A stretch of 64,000 bases of DNA, from NCBI GenBank assembly GCA_963693365.1, contig CAVNZM010000016.1:2281984-2345983 (forward strand). Reading direction: 5' to 3'. Positions within the stretch are counted from its first letter, which is position 1, and the number at the start of each line of letters is the position of its first letter. Below, piece by piece: positions 1 to 10,209 of the stretch. Source of the DNA: Amoebidium appalachense (lineage: Eukaryota > Protista > Ichthyosporea). A program made the translations under genes and the position numbers. A model generated the notes under the pieces. It was not told the origin of the DNA, ran no database searches, and saw only the letters and a list, made by a program, of their open reading frames with translations.

Positions 1-324
1 ATTGTGTCAAGCCACGAATTTGGAATAAACCCGAGTTCGAAAAAAGCCGAAAAAAACTCACTAAGAAGGACAGCAAAAGGCGGGGGCGGGGGGGACTCTG
101 CACGATTACGGGGCGGAAGCACGGGAGAAAGAACCTTGAAAAGCACGGGAGGAAGAGCATCCGGCCCGCACGCCTTGCTGGGTTTTAACGCCCGTATAGC
201 ACCAAAAACAGCCGAAGAGTTGAAATAACTATGAAAAGTGCCCGGGAACGATCGGTCCGGCTCCCAACTTGGTGGCTGGGAGAGGCCAGCGGGCGGTGAT
301 GGAACCGTGGACACGTTAGGAAGC
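1..324 (-). CDS. LINE ORF2 segment 3: start of reverse transcriptase domain
   Basis: Manual translation LPNVSTVP...AIRALKPSKACGPDALPPVLFKVL...LLSEFFSAFFELGFIPNSWLDT matches the non-LTR RT K-x-P/C-GPD and G-x-IP-x-SW motifs. Open to the window edge, hence absent from the ORF track. Confidence 0.88.
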
Positions 325-804
325 TGTAAACAGTTGAACTAGTTGGGATAAGGCAGAGAACAACTGAATCAGAATAAAGACAGAGAACGGGTAGAAAGGC
401 ACACGCGGCCAAGTTGCTTTTACTATGGGCCGACTCAGTCTGTCTCAGACTTCACTGATGTGATCCCCGTACTGGGACGGCTTTGTTATATAGCCCCCAG
501 GTTTCGGATCAAGGCCCAGGATTGCTTCATCCGCGGCCAGCGCGGGTGGCAACATGCCATTCGTGATTCTGGTGCGGTCCAAGCCAGTCAGACCTTCGTC
601 CTATTTATGCAAACATCTTATTGGTTCACTTCGTTTATGTGGTATGCAGCGGTAGAATCATACATGGTTCATTTCTTAGGTAAGATTGATTCCTATTGGT
701 GTGGACATAATATTTATGTGATATTCATGACAAAGAACGAATTGTGTGCTAGTAGATCACATTCTTTAGTAAACATGTACAGTTCATGTGTACAGTTGTT
801 TACA
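325..804 (-). repeat. 3' LTR of Gypsy-type element
   Basis: Direct repeat of 3440-3919 with 5 substitutions seen; 8-bp terminal inverted repeat; TATATAA on minus strand ~485-491. Confidence 0.95.
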
Positions 805-815
805 CTCCCCCCCTT
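805..815 (-). other. Polypurine tract (plus-strand primer)
   Basis: Minus strand AAGGGGGGGAG abutting the 3' LTR. Confidence 0.85.
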
Positions 816-1229
816 GTCGGGAGCCTGGTGGCGTCGTTAGGCAAGCAAACCACCAGGCTGAGAGGCGATAAACAACCTTCAGCGAGAATTCTTGTGCGCC
901 GAGCTGCTGGGCAGAACAGAGCAAGGATGGTTGAATAGAGTTGTGCACGTCTATGAGCACTTCTTCGTTTGCCAAAACGTAAATTCATGCAGCATTCTTC
1001 TGTGCGTTCATTTTCGTGGCGAAGATTGTTGCAGAGTGTTCGTGCGAATTGTTCGCTTCGTCTCTGTGCTTGGCTTTTTCTGTAGAAGTAATATTTTCCT
1101 TTTTGGGAATTTTTCCTTTTTAGGATACTCCCGCAGATTCGTTTTCAATTGCGAGTAATTTGGTTGTGTGGATGAATGATCATACCAAGCATTCGATAAT
1201 GAATATAACTCAAGCCTTAGGTCACTTCG

Positions 1230-1750
1230 TAGCTCAGGTAGTGGTGGATAGCTTCAAGGCTTAGCCACAGCTGCTCCTTATCCCGGTTCTACCTTAAGAC
1301 TGTAAGGCGAGTCGCCATGGCCAGAAAAGCCACTTCTTTCATGAACAAATAGCACTTCTTTCCTTTCAGCTTTAACCCTGCATCATCGGAGCTGGGAAAA
1401 ACATGAATAAAAATGCCCCAAGTGTTCTTCGTTGGGCGACATAAAGAAATATATCAGCCCGTCAGAATTCGAACCAGTAAATATATCAGCCCGTCAGAAT
1501 TCGAACCAGTAAAAACCCGGTTCATAATTCATAAGAAGAGGGTAGGCAAAGCAAACCTTCTTCAGAAAACACATGCTTCCATTCGTGAGCAGTTTTCGTA
1601 TCCCATTTGCCAGCTATTTTTCGTTGAGCAGGGGGATTCCAGGCATAATGTAGTACATTCTTCTGGAGGCTTGGCCTAAAAAGAAAAGTCGTCAGAGTCA
1701 CCCTTTCTTTTGTAAGCAACTTCGTGAGCGCGCTTCGTATCTTCATATCC
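1230..1750 (-). pseudogene. Degenerate Ty3/Gypsy reverse transcriptase fragment
   Basis: Across frameshifts and stops: ...TKTA..., ADIFLY (decayed DDILxY), EEHLGH, AGLKLKGKKCYLFMKEVAFL, LKVEPG*GAAV. This is the Gypsy RT C-terminal signature. A 32-bp tandem duplication at 1447-1510 lies over the expected YxDD region. Confidence 0.8.
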
Positions 1751-3424
1751 TCCAGTGCAGGTCTGGATGGTGCCCCATCCTCTGCTTCATTTGTAGGTGG
1801 CCCTACTGTAGGTTCTGTTCGTTGTGTGGAATACCAAAACCATTCGTATTCGTGGAACTGCTTTGTGCTGTGCTTGCTTTCGTGTTGGTGTTCATGTAGT
1901 TACCCCATTCACACACCTACTACTTTCATACATCAGACGTAAGTAGCTGCCTGGGGGGTGTGTGGTTCGTGTTCGTGGCATTCTTCTGTTCCTTCGTGAG
2001 AAGAATATTCGTTTTAGCAGAGGTGCCCAATAAGGCAGCTTGTGGGGTTGTCTCCCGCATGTGCCCATTGGTGGGGTATGCACGTGCTAAATTGTTACAG
2101 TGTCATCATATTGCAAGGGAATAACATGGTCACCTCCGTACCAGGGCCTAGTAGGTACACATGATGGTCCGATGTGTTAGTCAACAACACCTTGCATCCG
2201 TATTCGTATTTGTCTTCCACGTCACTTTCTTCAGTAGTGAAGGAGGGTATTCGTAATTCGAAACTGAAAGGCTTCCAGCCAAAATACTGACACTGTATGA
2301 TGGGGTTGTGAGGGAGCGGTGCCCATACCACATTCTTTTGTTCTGGTGGGGGTGTGCCGGCAGCTAGTGCAAGGCTTGACAGTGTAATTGGTATGTTACA
2401 CCGTATTGCCACAGACGGGCATTCACCTTAAAATTCGTACCCAACACCTTCTTTGTTTTTCACATGCATGAACAAAAGTTCTGCATCGACTTTATTACAT
2501 GCCTTTTGTGCACCAAGAGTGCAAATTCGTTAGGGCGTGGCACCAGGAAGGGCCGCCATACATGAGTCAGGCATATGTTCGTAATGTGTTTAGGCATGCC
2601 AGCATACATTCATGCGCATGTTGTGCATCCTGGGCGCTAAACTATGGGGCATGCTGTATTCGAGAACAGCAAGGGATTCGAAGCATGCATGCAACACTAC
2701 TTTCATAAGATCTTAGGTCCTACATGCTATAGCAACAGCGACTATCTTCTTCGTTAAGTGCATTTGTGCTGAAAGTGGCCGTGCATCTGGCTTGCGAGTG
2801 TGGACGTGCATGCGGTGGCATGGACACGATGGCAGTGTGCAATAGGGCAATGCACGCAAGGGCAACGGTTTTATTTTCTTCCTAACATAGAGGGGGCTGT
2901 GTGCATTGCAACCCAAGCAGTGTTGTGCATTCGTCCTTTCATTTTCGTATTTCCAGTTCATTTTGCTTTCGTTTTTCGTTTTTTGTCGTTTGATAACTTC
3001 GTTACTTCGTTTTGTTTTCGTGTTGCATTCATTTCGTATTTCCTCTATGCAATCGTTTGTCGTTAATTCTTTATTTCATTGCGTATTCGTGATGGTTCGT
3101 TTTTCGTTGGTTCATTGCTTCGTTAGCAATTCTTTATTCGTTTGTTCGTGTATTCGTTGTTTCGTTGTGTATTCGTTTTTCTTCACATTTTTGATGTGTC
3201 GTAGCAAAAGAAGTTTTACATGCTTTCAATTCTTTCCGTGTAGGTGGGCTGGCCACTTCAAACTTGTAGGTGTATATATTCTAAGCCGGACAAGGAAAGA
3301 TGTGCCTATCATCGGGGTAAAAAGGATTGTGATCGGCCATGGGAGATTCTTGAGCTGATTGAAAGATGTGAGATTCTTGAACTGATTGAAAGATGTGAGA
3401 TTCGAAGGATGCGAGATTCTTGAA

Positions 3425-3438
3425 CTGCGCGGTCGCCA
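3425..3438 (-). other. Primer-binding site (tRNA-complementary)
   Basis: Minus strand TGGCGACCGCGCAG begins 1 nt after the 5' LTR; TGG is complementary to the tRNA CCA end. tRNA identity not established. Confidence 0.75.
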
Positions 3439-3439
3439 A

Positions 3440-3919
3440 TGTAAACAGTTGGACTAGTTAGGATAAGGCAGAGTACAACTGAATCAAAATAAAGACAGAG
3501 AACGGGTAGAAAGGCACACGCGGCCAGGTTGCTTTTACTATGGGCCGACTCAGTCTGTCTCAGACTTCACTGATGTGATCCCCGTACTGGGACGGCTTTG
3601 TTATATAGCCCCCAGGTTTCGGATCAAGGCCCAGGATTGCTTCATCCGCGGCCAGCGCGGGTGGCAACATGCCATTCGTGATTCTGGTGCGGTCCAAGCC
3701 AGTCAGACCTTCGTCCTATTTATGCAAACATCTTATTGGTTCACTTCGTTTATGTGGTATGCAGCGGTAGAATCATACATGGTTCATTTCTTAGGTAAGA
3801 TTGATTCCTATTGGTGTGGACATAATATTTATGTGATATTCATGACAAAGAACGAATTGTGTGCTAGTAGATCACATTCTTTAGTAAACATGTACAGTTC
3901 ATGTGTACAGTTGTTTACA
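3440..3919 (-). repeat. 5' LTR of Gypsy-type element
   Basis: Direct repeat of 325-804; followed on the plus strand by TSD GAAGC. Confidence 0.95.
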
Positions 3920-3924
3920 GAAGC

Positions 3925-4425
3925 GAAAATAGGGAAGCATAATAGTCATCGACGGATTCAGCAACGGAGATGGAAGGAGACGGGGCATAGACTTGCACGG
4001 AAGGCCCAAACCGACCGGCGGATTTCCAGACCGATAATGCTTCCTGTAGAGGCAACAACTGTCGTAGGGACTGCAAAACGTGAGACTGTCTCAGCCGAAC
4101 GGAAGGGTACTCAACCGTGCCCACCACCTGCTCGCCAAGGGCAAATAGGAACTCAACAAACTCATTATAACAAACCTCCAAAATAGCCGGGTTCCGCTGC
4201 GCACGGGCATCGCGCACTGCGGCAAGAAAGAAGCCATGAACCGACTCATACTCCTTGACAGCGAGTAACTGGTTTAACTTGTGCTTGAAACCGCGAGATA
4301 AGAGGCGGCGGTTAGTCTGAGTAGCCCCGCCGAAGTGAACAGGGAAGGAAACCGAAAATTCTACAGGGGAATGGTCCGAACTACGCCGTAAGGAATCGGG
4401 TGGGGAAATTACTCGAAGGGTGGAG
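3925..4425 (-). CDS. LINE ORF2 segment 2: end of APE endonuclease and linker
   Basis: STLRVISPPDSLRRSSDHSPVEFSVSF...DDYYASLFS; open and in frame with both neighbouring segments once the inserts and one TSD copy each are removed. Confidence 0.85.
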
Positions 4426-5133
4426 TGTCATCTTCACTTGATTCTCAGCAAGACTTAGAAGTTGAGTTTTGTATTTATTTATTAGTTGTTGTAGTTTGTT
4501 TCCTTTTCCTTTCTTCATTTCTTTCTTTCTTTTCCGTTTCCGTGTACACGACATCTTAGATCTGTGTACGTATCGACATACTTAGCTCGCGCACACGTAT
4601 TGTCGTTTGTGTCAAAATCTATATATGTCATCCAATCATATCTCGTTTGTATTTTCCCAAATATAGTAACTTACATTCCTTTCTCATTCCTTTCCCACGA
4701 CGTAGCATTGTGCTATGTTCTTCAACTATTAGGAATAATTATATTTAGACGTGTTATGATAAGAACATGTATAAATATATGTTATGAATTAATAGTTACA
4801 TAAGTGGTTTCATTTTATTAAATGTTTCCGTGCTTTTATTAGAAGTTTCTTTCATTAGAGGATTGAGTTTTATATTCTATGTGTCGACAGACATTTTAAT
4901 CGATATATTTTACACTCATTGTTTTCGTCCTTTTGATTGGTTTATCGTTTCACATTCCCAAGTATAAAAGGGACCTCATCTTGAAATAAATCATAAGCAG
5001 TCGTATTCACTTCCTATGGTTCCAGAAATCGTTCCTCCTCTCCGGTTGTGTTTTTCCCGTGTGTCTCTGTGTTGTGTATATCATAACACCCATCTGTGCT
5101 CTCTGCTTCTCCGTTTACCCACACAAAATAACA
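4426..5133. mobile_element. Solo LTR of a second, unrelated LTR family (708 bp)
   Basis: TGTCAT...ATAACA ends; 5-bp TSD TGGAG (4421-4425, 5134-5138); AT-rich, TATAAAAG at ~4963; non-coding; exactly interrupts the LINE endonuclease (WDS|TLRV). Confidence 0.88.
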
Positions 5134-5698
5134 TGGAGTCCCAAAACGAGGCACCCCAGTCAGTCGCGTGGGTAACGAAAACGCGAGGAAGACGGACAAG
5201 GTGCTTTCGAAGAAGGTTGGCGAGGACACGAGCACGGTCAGAAAAAGGACGAAACTGTGCTGGGGACGGGGTATGTTCCCTATCACACGGAACCACTGGA
5301 CAATTGAAGTCACCAATAAAAACTTGAGAAACGGGAATTTGGTTAACCACGGCTGACAAAGTGGCAGTACCTAACGACGGAGGAAAGTACACGAAAGACA
5401 AAGTCCACGCACGAAACTGAATGGTGACGAAATACTCATGCGCCGCAATGACCCTGCAATCCGAACGAATGCTAGGATTGGCTAAAACCGCGATGCCGCC
5501 TCGGGAGAAACCAGTCGATGACGAAGACCCAATCAAAAATCCGGATTGCTCCAACTGATGATGATTATAGAACCATGTCTCGGCAAGAACAACAAAAGAA
5601 TAGGCACGAACAGAGTCAAAAATGTATTGCAATTGCGGGGATTGTAAACCATGAACATTCCAAAACAAAAAAGAAAGAGGTTGAGATTGTTGAGCCAT
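5134..5698 (-). CDS. LINE ORF2 segment 1: apurinic-like (EEP) endonuclease
   Basis: MAQQSQPLSFLFWNVHGL...VLAETW...GGIAVL...VYFPP...IGDFN motifs. Confidence 0.92.
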
Positions 5699-6807
5699 TT
5701 AATTTCCGGCAGCAGCCTGCGGTGCGCCAATCCGATCCAACCACGCACGATAAAAAGCCGCCACCTCCTGGGACGCAGTCACATGGCGGGGGGATCCGTC
5801 CGCCCGCTCGAAAAAGGCCAGCTGTTTCTGCAACCGCCCGCGAAGCATGTCCACAGCGGTTTTGCCGGCGTCCATAAATTTCTGTTGTCGAATGTTACCG
5901 AGCGCATCAGGCTGAAAAGCCGCCGAGTCCAGAATTTCGAGGTGCAGAAGGTTGCGCAGCTTGGTGCACAACTCAGCCTCGTAGTCCTCCTCAACAAGAA
6001 GCTCAAGCACACGGCCGCCGATGAAGGAATAATTGCGAATTTTGCTGGTACGCACACGAATTGCCCGAAAATCTTGCTTGATCTGCGAGATGGGGCCGCG
6101 AGCAAGGGTGACGTAGACGGGTTTGAAAGCGGGAGAGTGAGCACGGGCTTGGTCCTGACGTGGCATGGGGTTGACAGGACGGGGACGGCACCGCTCGCGA
6201 AAGCGCTTGACAGCGGCCACAAAGCTGTCAACAGCCTCAGGCTTGCCCTTGACCGAGCCAACCTTGTTGGCCTCCTCACGAAGTGCGTCCTCCTCGGAGC
6301 GAGCAGCGGCGGCAGCATAGGAAACGGGTATGGAATTGGCAGGGGGGCGGCTCCGCGAATCTCCGACCGTTCCGGAATGACGGTGGGAATGCGAGGGCCA
6401 CCACCGTTAGGGGGAGACGCCGCAGCAGCTGCCGCAGCGGCCGACCCCACCGGCTGAGGCTCACGGCTTGAAGGCGAAGGCGGATCGATGAAACGAGCCA
6501 GGGTGGCGGTGAGTTCCTCCACCCGCTGCAGGAGCTCAGTCACTTGGATGCGAAGACGGGCATTTTCATCACGTAGGTCCTTGAGTTGGTCTGTGTTGGT
6601 CTTGGGTTTCTTAGGGGCTGGGGTGGAAGGTTGTGGAGTAGACAACACAACCTGCTGACTCGCCTGTTGGGACTCAAAATCCAGGATGTCGTCGGAGTTT
6701 TCGATAGCGAGGACACCAAACCGGTTGGCATGGTGGGGCGGGGGGGACTGCTCGGGACTGTGCACCCGCTTGCCATCGAGAGGGACGAGGTCGTGCTGGG
6801 AGGCCAT
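5699..6807 (-). CDS. LINE ORF1 (coiled coil plus C-terminal domain) with one frameshift
   Basis: N-half (6807 to ~6345): NRFGVL, coiled coil QLKDLRDENARLRIQVTELLQRVEEL. C-half in another frame: SYAAAAAR...KPVYVTLARGPISQIK...SFIGGRVLELLV, ending TAA directly before the ORF2 ATG. Confidence 0.8.
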
Positions 6808-7614
6808 GGTGTTGGGCCTGAATAAAACAAAAGATGTAAAACGGTATATATACTGAAAGGGAATTCAAATCCGATGACGTAGGAAGTTAATCAATCAAGA
6901 AAGTCTCACGAATCCGGAATTTGACTCTCTATGACGTAGCACATACCAGGGGCACGATCGCACCAGGCAAGCACACGTGCGCACTGCAGCTGGCCCAGCC
7001 TGCCGGCCGTGGCCTCACACGTACTGACGGTGTGCACGCGCTGCGATGAACTTTACGTTCGCTGCACACTCTCGCGACCGCGTGCATGCTTTCTGTCGCG
7101 GCGCCTCGACGGTTCGATAGAGTCCAGTGTTCGCTGAATGTGTAAGGAAAAATAAGGAGCCAGCTCAGTAGGTGGCAGGGCCGTGGCCAAAAAAAAAACA
7201 AAAAAAACAGGGGGGCCTTCGGAACCACGTGAACGGTAAATACGTTTATTGTAGGTTACTCCAGCGCAGCTGGTATTTATCAATATTCACGTTTTATTCT
7301 AGCCGCTCTAATCCTCACCCCCCTTACAGTACATGCTGATGATCCGGACCAGCCTGATCTTTCGAACTTCTTTCTACACAATACACAAAATATACACCGA
7401 CGAAACTTATCGTGTGCTACAAACAAACTTGAGTACTGCTCGTATGGGTTGTCAGTCTGCAGGGTTTGCTGGCGGTGCCTGTGGGGAGTCCCAGGTTAGA
7501 TAAGCATGTGAAAGCAAGGACTTTAATAACTGTTTGGTGTGTCCACCTTGTGGGCTTAATCACACACAAGCACAACCACACACACACGTGGAATCAGTCA
7601 TCATGCAAACGCAC

Positions 7615-7774
7615 GTGTGCACAACGTAACACAGAGAACAAAGCAAGGAAAGCCGCGAATACAGCGTTCAAAACAACGGTAACGTTCACACTGTCCTGCA
7701 TGTAAAACAATAAACGCAACACCTGCAGACAAAACACGTGTGTCATTGTCAGGGGCGCATGCATGCACACACAC

Positions 7775-7854
<80 letters not shown>

Positions 7855-8781
7855 GTGTGTAGGTTTGTGGTGGTGTGTTGTCCGTATTGTGTGTGTGTGA
7901 TAGTGTGTTAAGAGTGGCGGTATACCGATGAACCTAAGTACACATGTGCACTCAATCATCCTTGCCAAACCTTTTGCACAACACAGCACAGAACGAAGCA
8001 AGGTAAGCACAGCAGAAGTCAATCAAAGAAAACGATCAAACTTCCCACCCTCTGTCCCGCAAGTAAAACAACAAAGGGAACACATGCAGACAGGAAACAT
8101 CCTTCTTCAAACAGGCGCGCGAACACACACACGTGTTTGTGTAGTGTGCGTCTGTGTGCCCGTGTGCTTGTGTATGTGTGTGCGTGTGTGCGTGCGTGCC
8201 CGTGTGTGAGTGTATGTGTGTGTGTGTGTGTGCATGTGTGTGTGTGTGGGTGTGTCGTCCGGCTCTTGTGTCTGTGTGTGGAAGTGCAACGGTATACGTG
8301 TGTTGTGCGTGCGTTGTGTGTTTGCGAGGGTGGGTGGGTGAGCAGGAAGGTGTGGGGTGTACACATGTAAGCATCAATAATATGCAAGGCCGTAGGTGTG
8401 ACAAGCAAGTCTTGTATGGCCGGTGTGTGTGTGTATGCCTGCAGGTCTAATTTTGTGTGTACTTCATCAAATCGAAGCGATGGGAGAAAAGCAAAAGCCT
8501 GGAAAAACAGTTAATCTTCACAACATGATCCAAAACGGTGGAATTCGAGGGAGGAAAGGGAGAGAGGGAGGTGGAGGGGAGGGGGGGGGGGGGGGGGGGG
8601 GGGAGGGGGGGGGAAGGGGGGGAGGGGGGAAGACATGGAATGGAGGGAGGAGGGAAAAAAAAGCACACGGGAACAAGGTGGTTAACTTTGCAATGCATGA
8701 AGGGCAAAGAGTTGGGAGAAAGAAGAGGAGAATATAGAATTGAGATGCCAGGAAATGGGATGGACGGTGAAAAGAAAAGGG

Positions 8782-8822
<41 letters not shown>

Positions 8823-8946
8823 CTCAGGTCGGGGGAACCTCAGGGCAGTTGTGCAAGCTGGCACGTTGATCGTGATGTCGACAGCATTCTTGCTGTGCCT
8901 GCAAAGTGTATGGGTGAGTGTTTTTGTGTCGCTTGTCCGTGTGTTT

Positions 8947-9018
<72 letters not shown>

Positions 9019-9340
9019 TCGTGTGTGCTGTGTGGAAGGGATTGTGGGGGAGTGAGAATGGGTGGGTGGGGGGGGGGGGGGGTGGGTGGTTAGATGAGTG
9101 GGTGCCTATGGGCATAAATGTACAACGCCATGTTGCAAGTATGGGTGTTCAGGTGTGTGTGTGAAAGCAACGGGGGATACGGGAGAGGGAAAGGGGGGGG
9201 GGGGGGGGGGGGAGGGGGGGGGGGGAAGGAAGGGAGAGGCGAGGGCATATGTGGGTTAGAGTGAAAAGAAGGAGAAGGGATATGAGAACTATTATCTTAT
9301 GGATGCATGGGCCGAGGTCCTGGTGGGTGGGTGGGTGGGT

Positions 9341-9372
<32 letters not shown>

Positions 9373-9793
9373 GGAGACAGGACTGGAGAGAAAGGGGGAA
9401 AGGGTTGAGGGGGGAAGGCAATACATAAACAGCCGGGGGGGGGGGGGAGGGGGGAGGGGGGGGGGGGGAGGCAGCGCCTGAGGGGAGCAGGGGGTCCCCG
9501 CTGAGCTGGGCTAACCAACCGTTTCGGCATGTCACGTCTGTGTGTGTGTGCGCGCGGTGTATGTGTGTGTATGTGTGCGCGCGCGCGGTGTGTGGTGCAA
9601 GTATTCATGTGTAAGGTTGGTGTGTTGGGGGGGCAGGGAGGGGGGACTCTCTATGGGCATAGATTTAGGAAGGAAGCAAAATGTCAAGCAAAGGCCCTCA
9701 GGGTGTCTGGGCTAACACGTGTGGGTGTATGCATGCCAGCTTTCCAGCAGGTATATGCATCGGTGTTCGTGTGTGCTCTCGTCTGTGTGTGTG

Positions 9794-9834
<41 letters not shown>

Positions 9835-10209
9835 TGTGTGTGTGGGTGTGTTCGTGTGCTTGTGTGTTTTCCTGTATAGCCCGCAAGGCATGGTGTATGT
9901 CTTTTTGTGCCCTTATACGTGTGTGTATACCTGCAGGACTTTGTGGTCAGAGGCTAGCCTGCAAAATCGTGTGGCATGCGAATGTGGCCCTGCAAGCACG
10001 TGTGAAAACAAGTGCACGTGCGTCTGCCTGTAAGGGTGTGCTTGCCTAGACGGTTACGTGTGTGTGCTAAAAGCCAGCACGGTGTGAAACAGGTGGATTT
10101 GAGGCCAATCAGACCATGGCCCCTTGCATGTAGAGGTGCAACTCTAAACGGGAGTTTATGCCTGTAGCTGTCTTTGGTTCCAACAAGTGTGAAAGTAAAT
10201 TATGCGCAC
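7615..10209 (-). CDS. Candidate multi-exon host gene, possibly DENN-domain-like (partial model)
   Basis: Phase-compatible exons 8898-8823, 8498-8439 (GC donor) and 7722-7615 give HSKNAVDITINVPACTTALRFPRPE-AFAFLPSLRFDEVHTKLDLQ-VLRLLFYMQDSVNVTVVLNAVFAAFLALFSVLRCAH. Further probable exons near 9480-9535, 9930-9960 and 10115-10209. The DENN resemblance is by eye only; start and stop not located. Confidence 0.4.

Larger units (their letters stand above)
325..3919 (-). mobile_element. Ty3/Gypsy-type LTR retrotransposon, non-autonomous (decayed internal region)
   Basis: Two 480-bp LTRs (325-804, 3440-3919), each TGTAAACA...TGTTTACA; 5-bp TSD GAAGC (320-324, 3920-3924); PBS-like TGGCGACCGCGCAG next to the 5' LTR; [14 protein letters not shown] next to the 3' LTR; frameshifted RT remnant inside. 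Confidence 0.95.
1..6930 (-). mobile_element. Non-LTR retrotransposon (LINE, APE-endonuclease type), 3' part runs off window start; interrupted by two LTR insertions
   Basis: ORF1 at 6807-5699. ORF2 starts at 5698 with APE motifs (FWNVHGL, LAETW, GGIAVL, IGDFN), continues after the solo LTR with the SDH motif (SSDHSPV ~4380) and DDYYASLFS, then after the Gypsy element with RT-entry motifs KACGPDAL...GFIPNSW (to position 1). The 5' boundary (~6930) is approximate. Confidence 0.93.

Noticed and set aside
460-840. Duplicated 'MIPVLGRLCY...' ORFs (also 3575-4186)
   Set aside because: Chance ORFs inside the two LTR copies.
5651-6457. 268-aa plus-strand ORF
   Set aside because: Antisense shadow of LINE ORF1.
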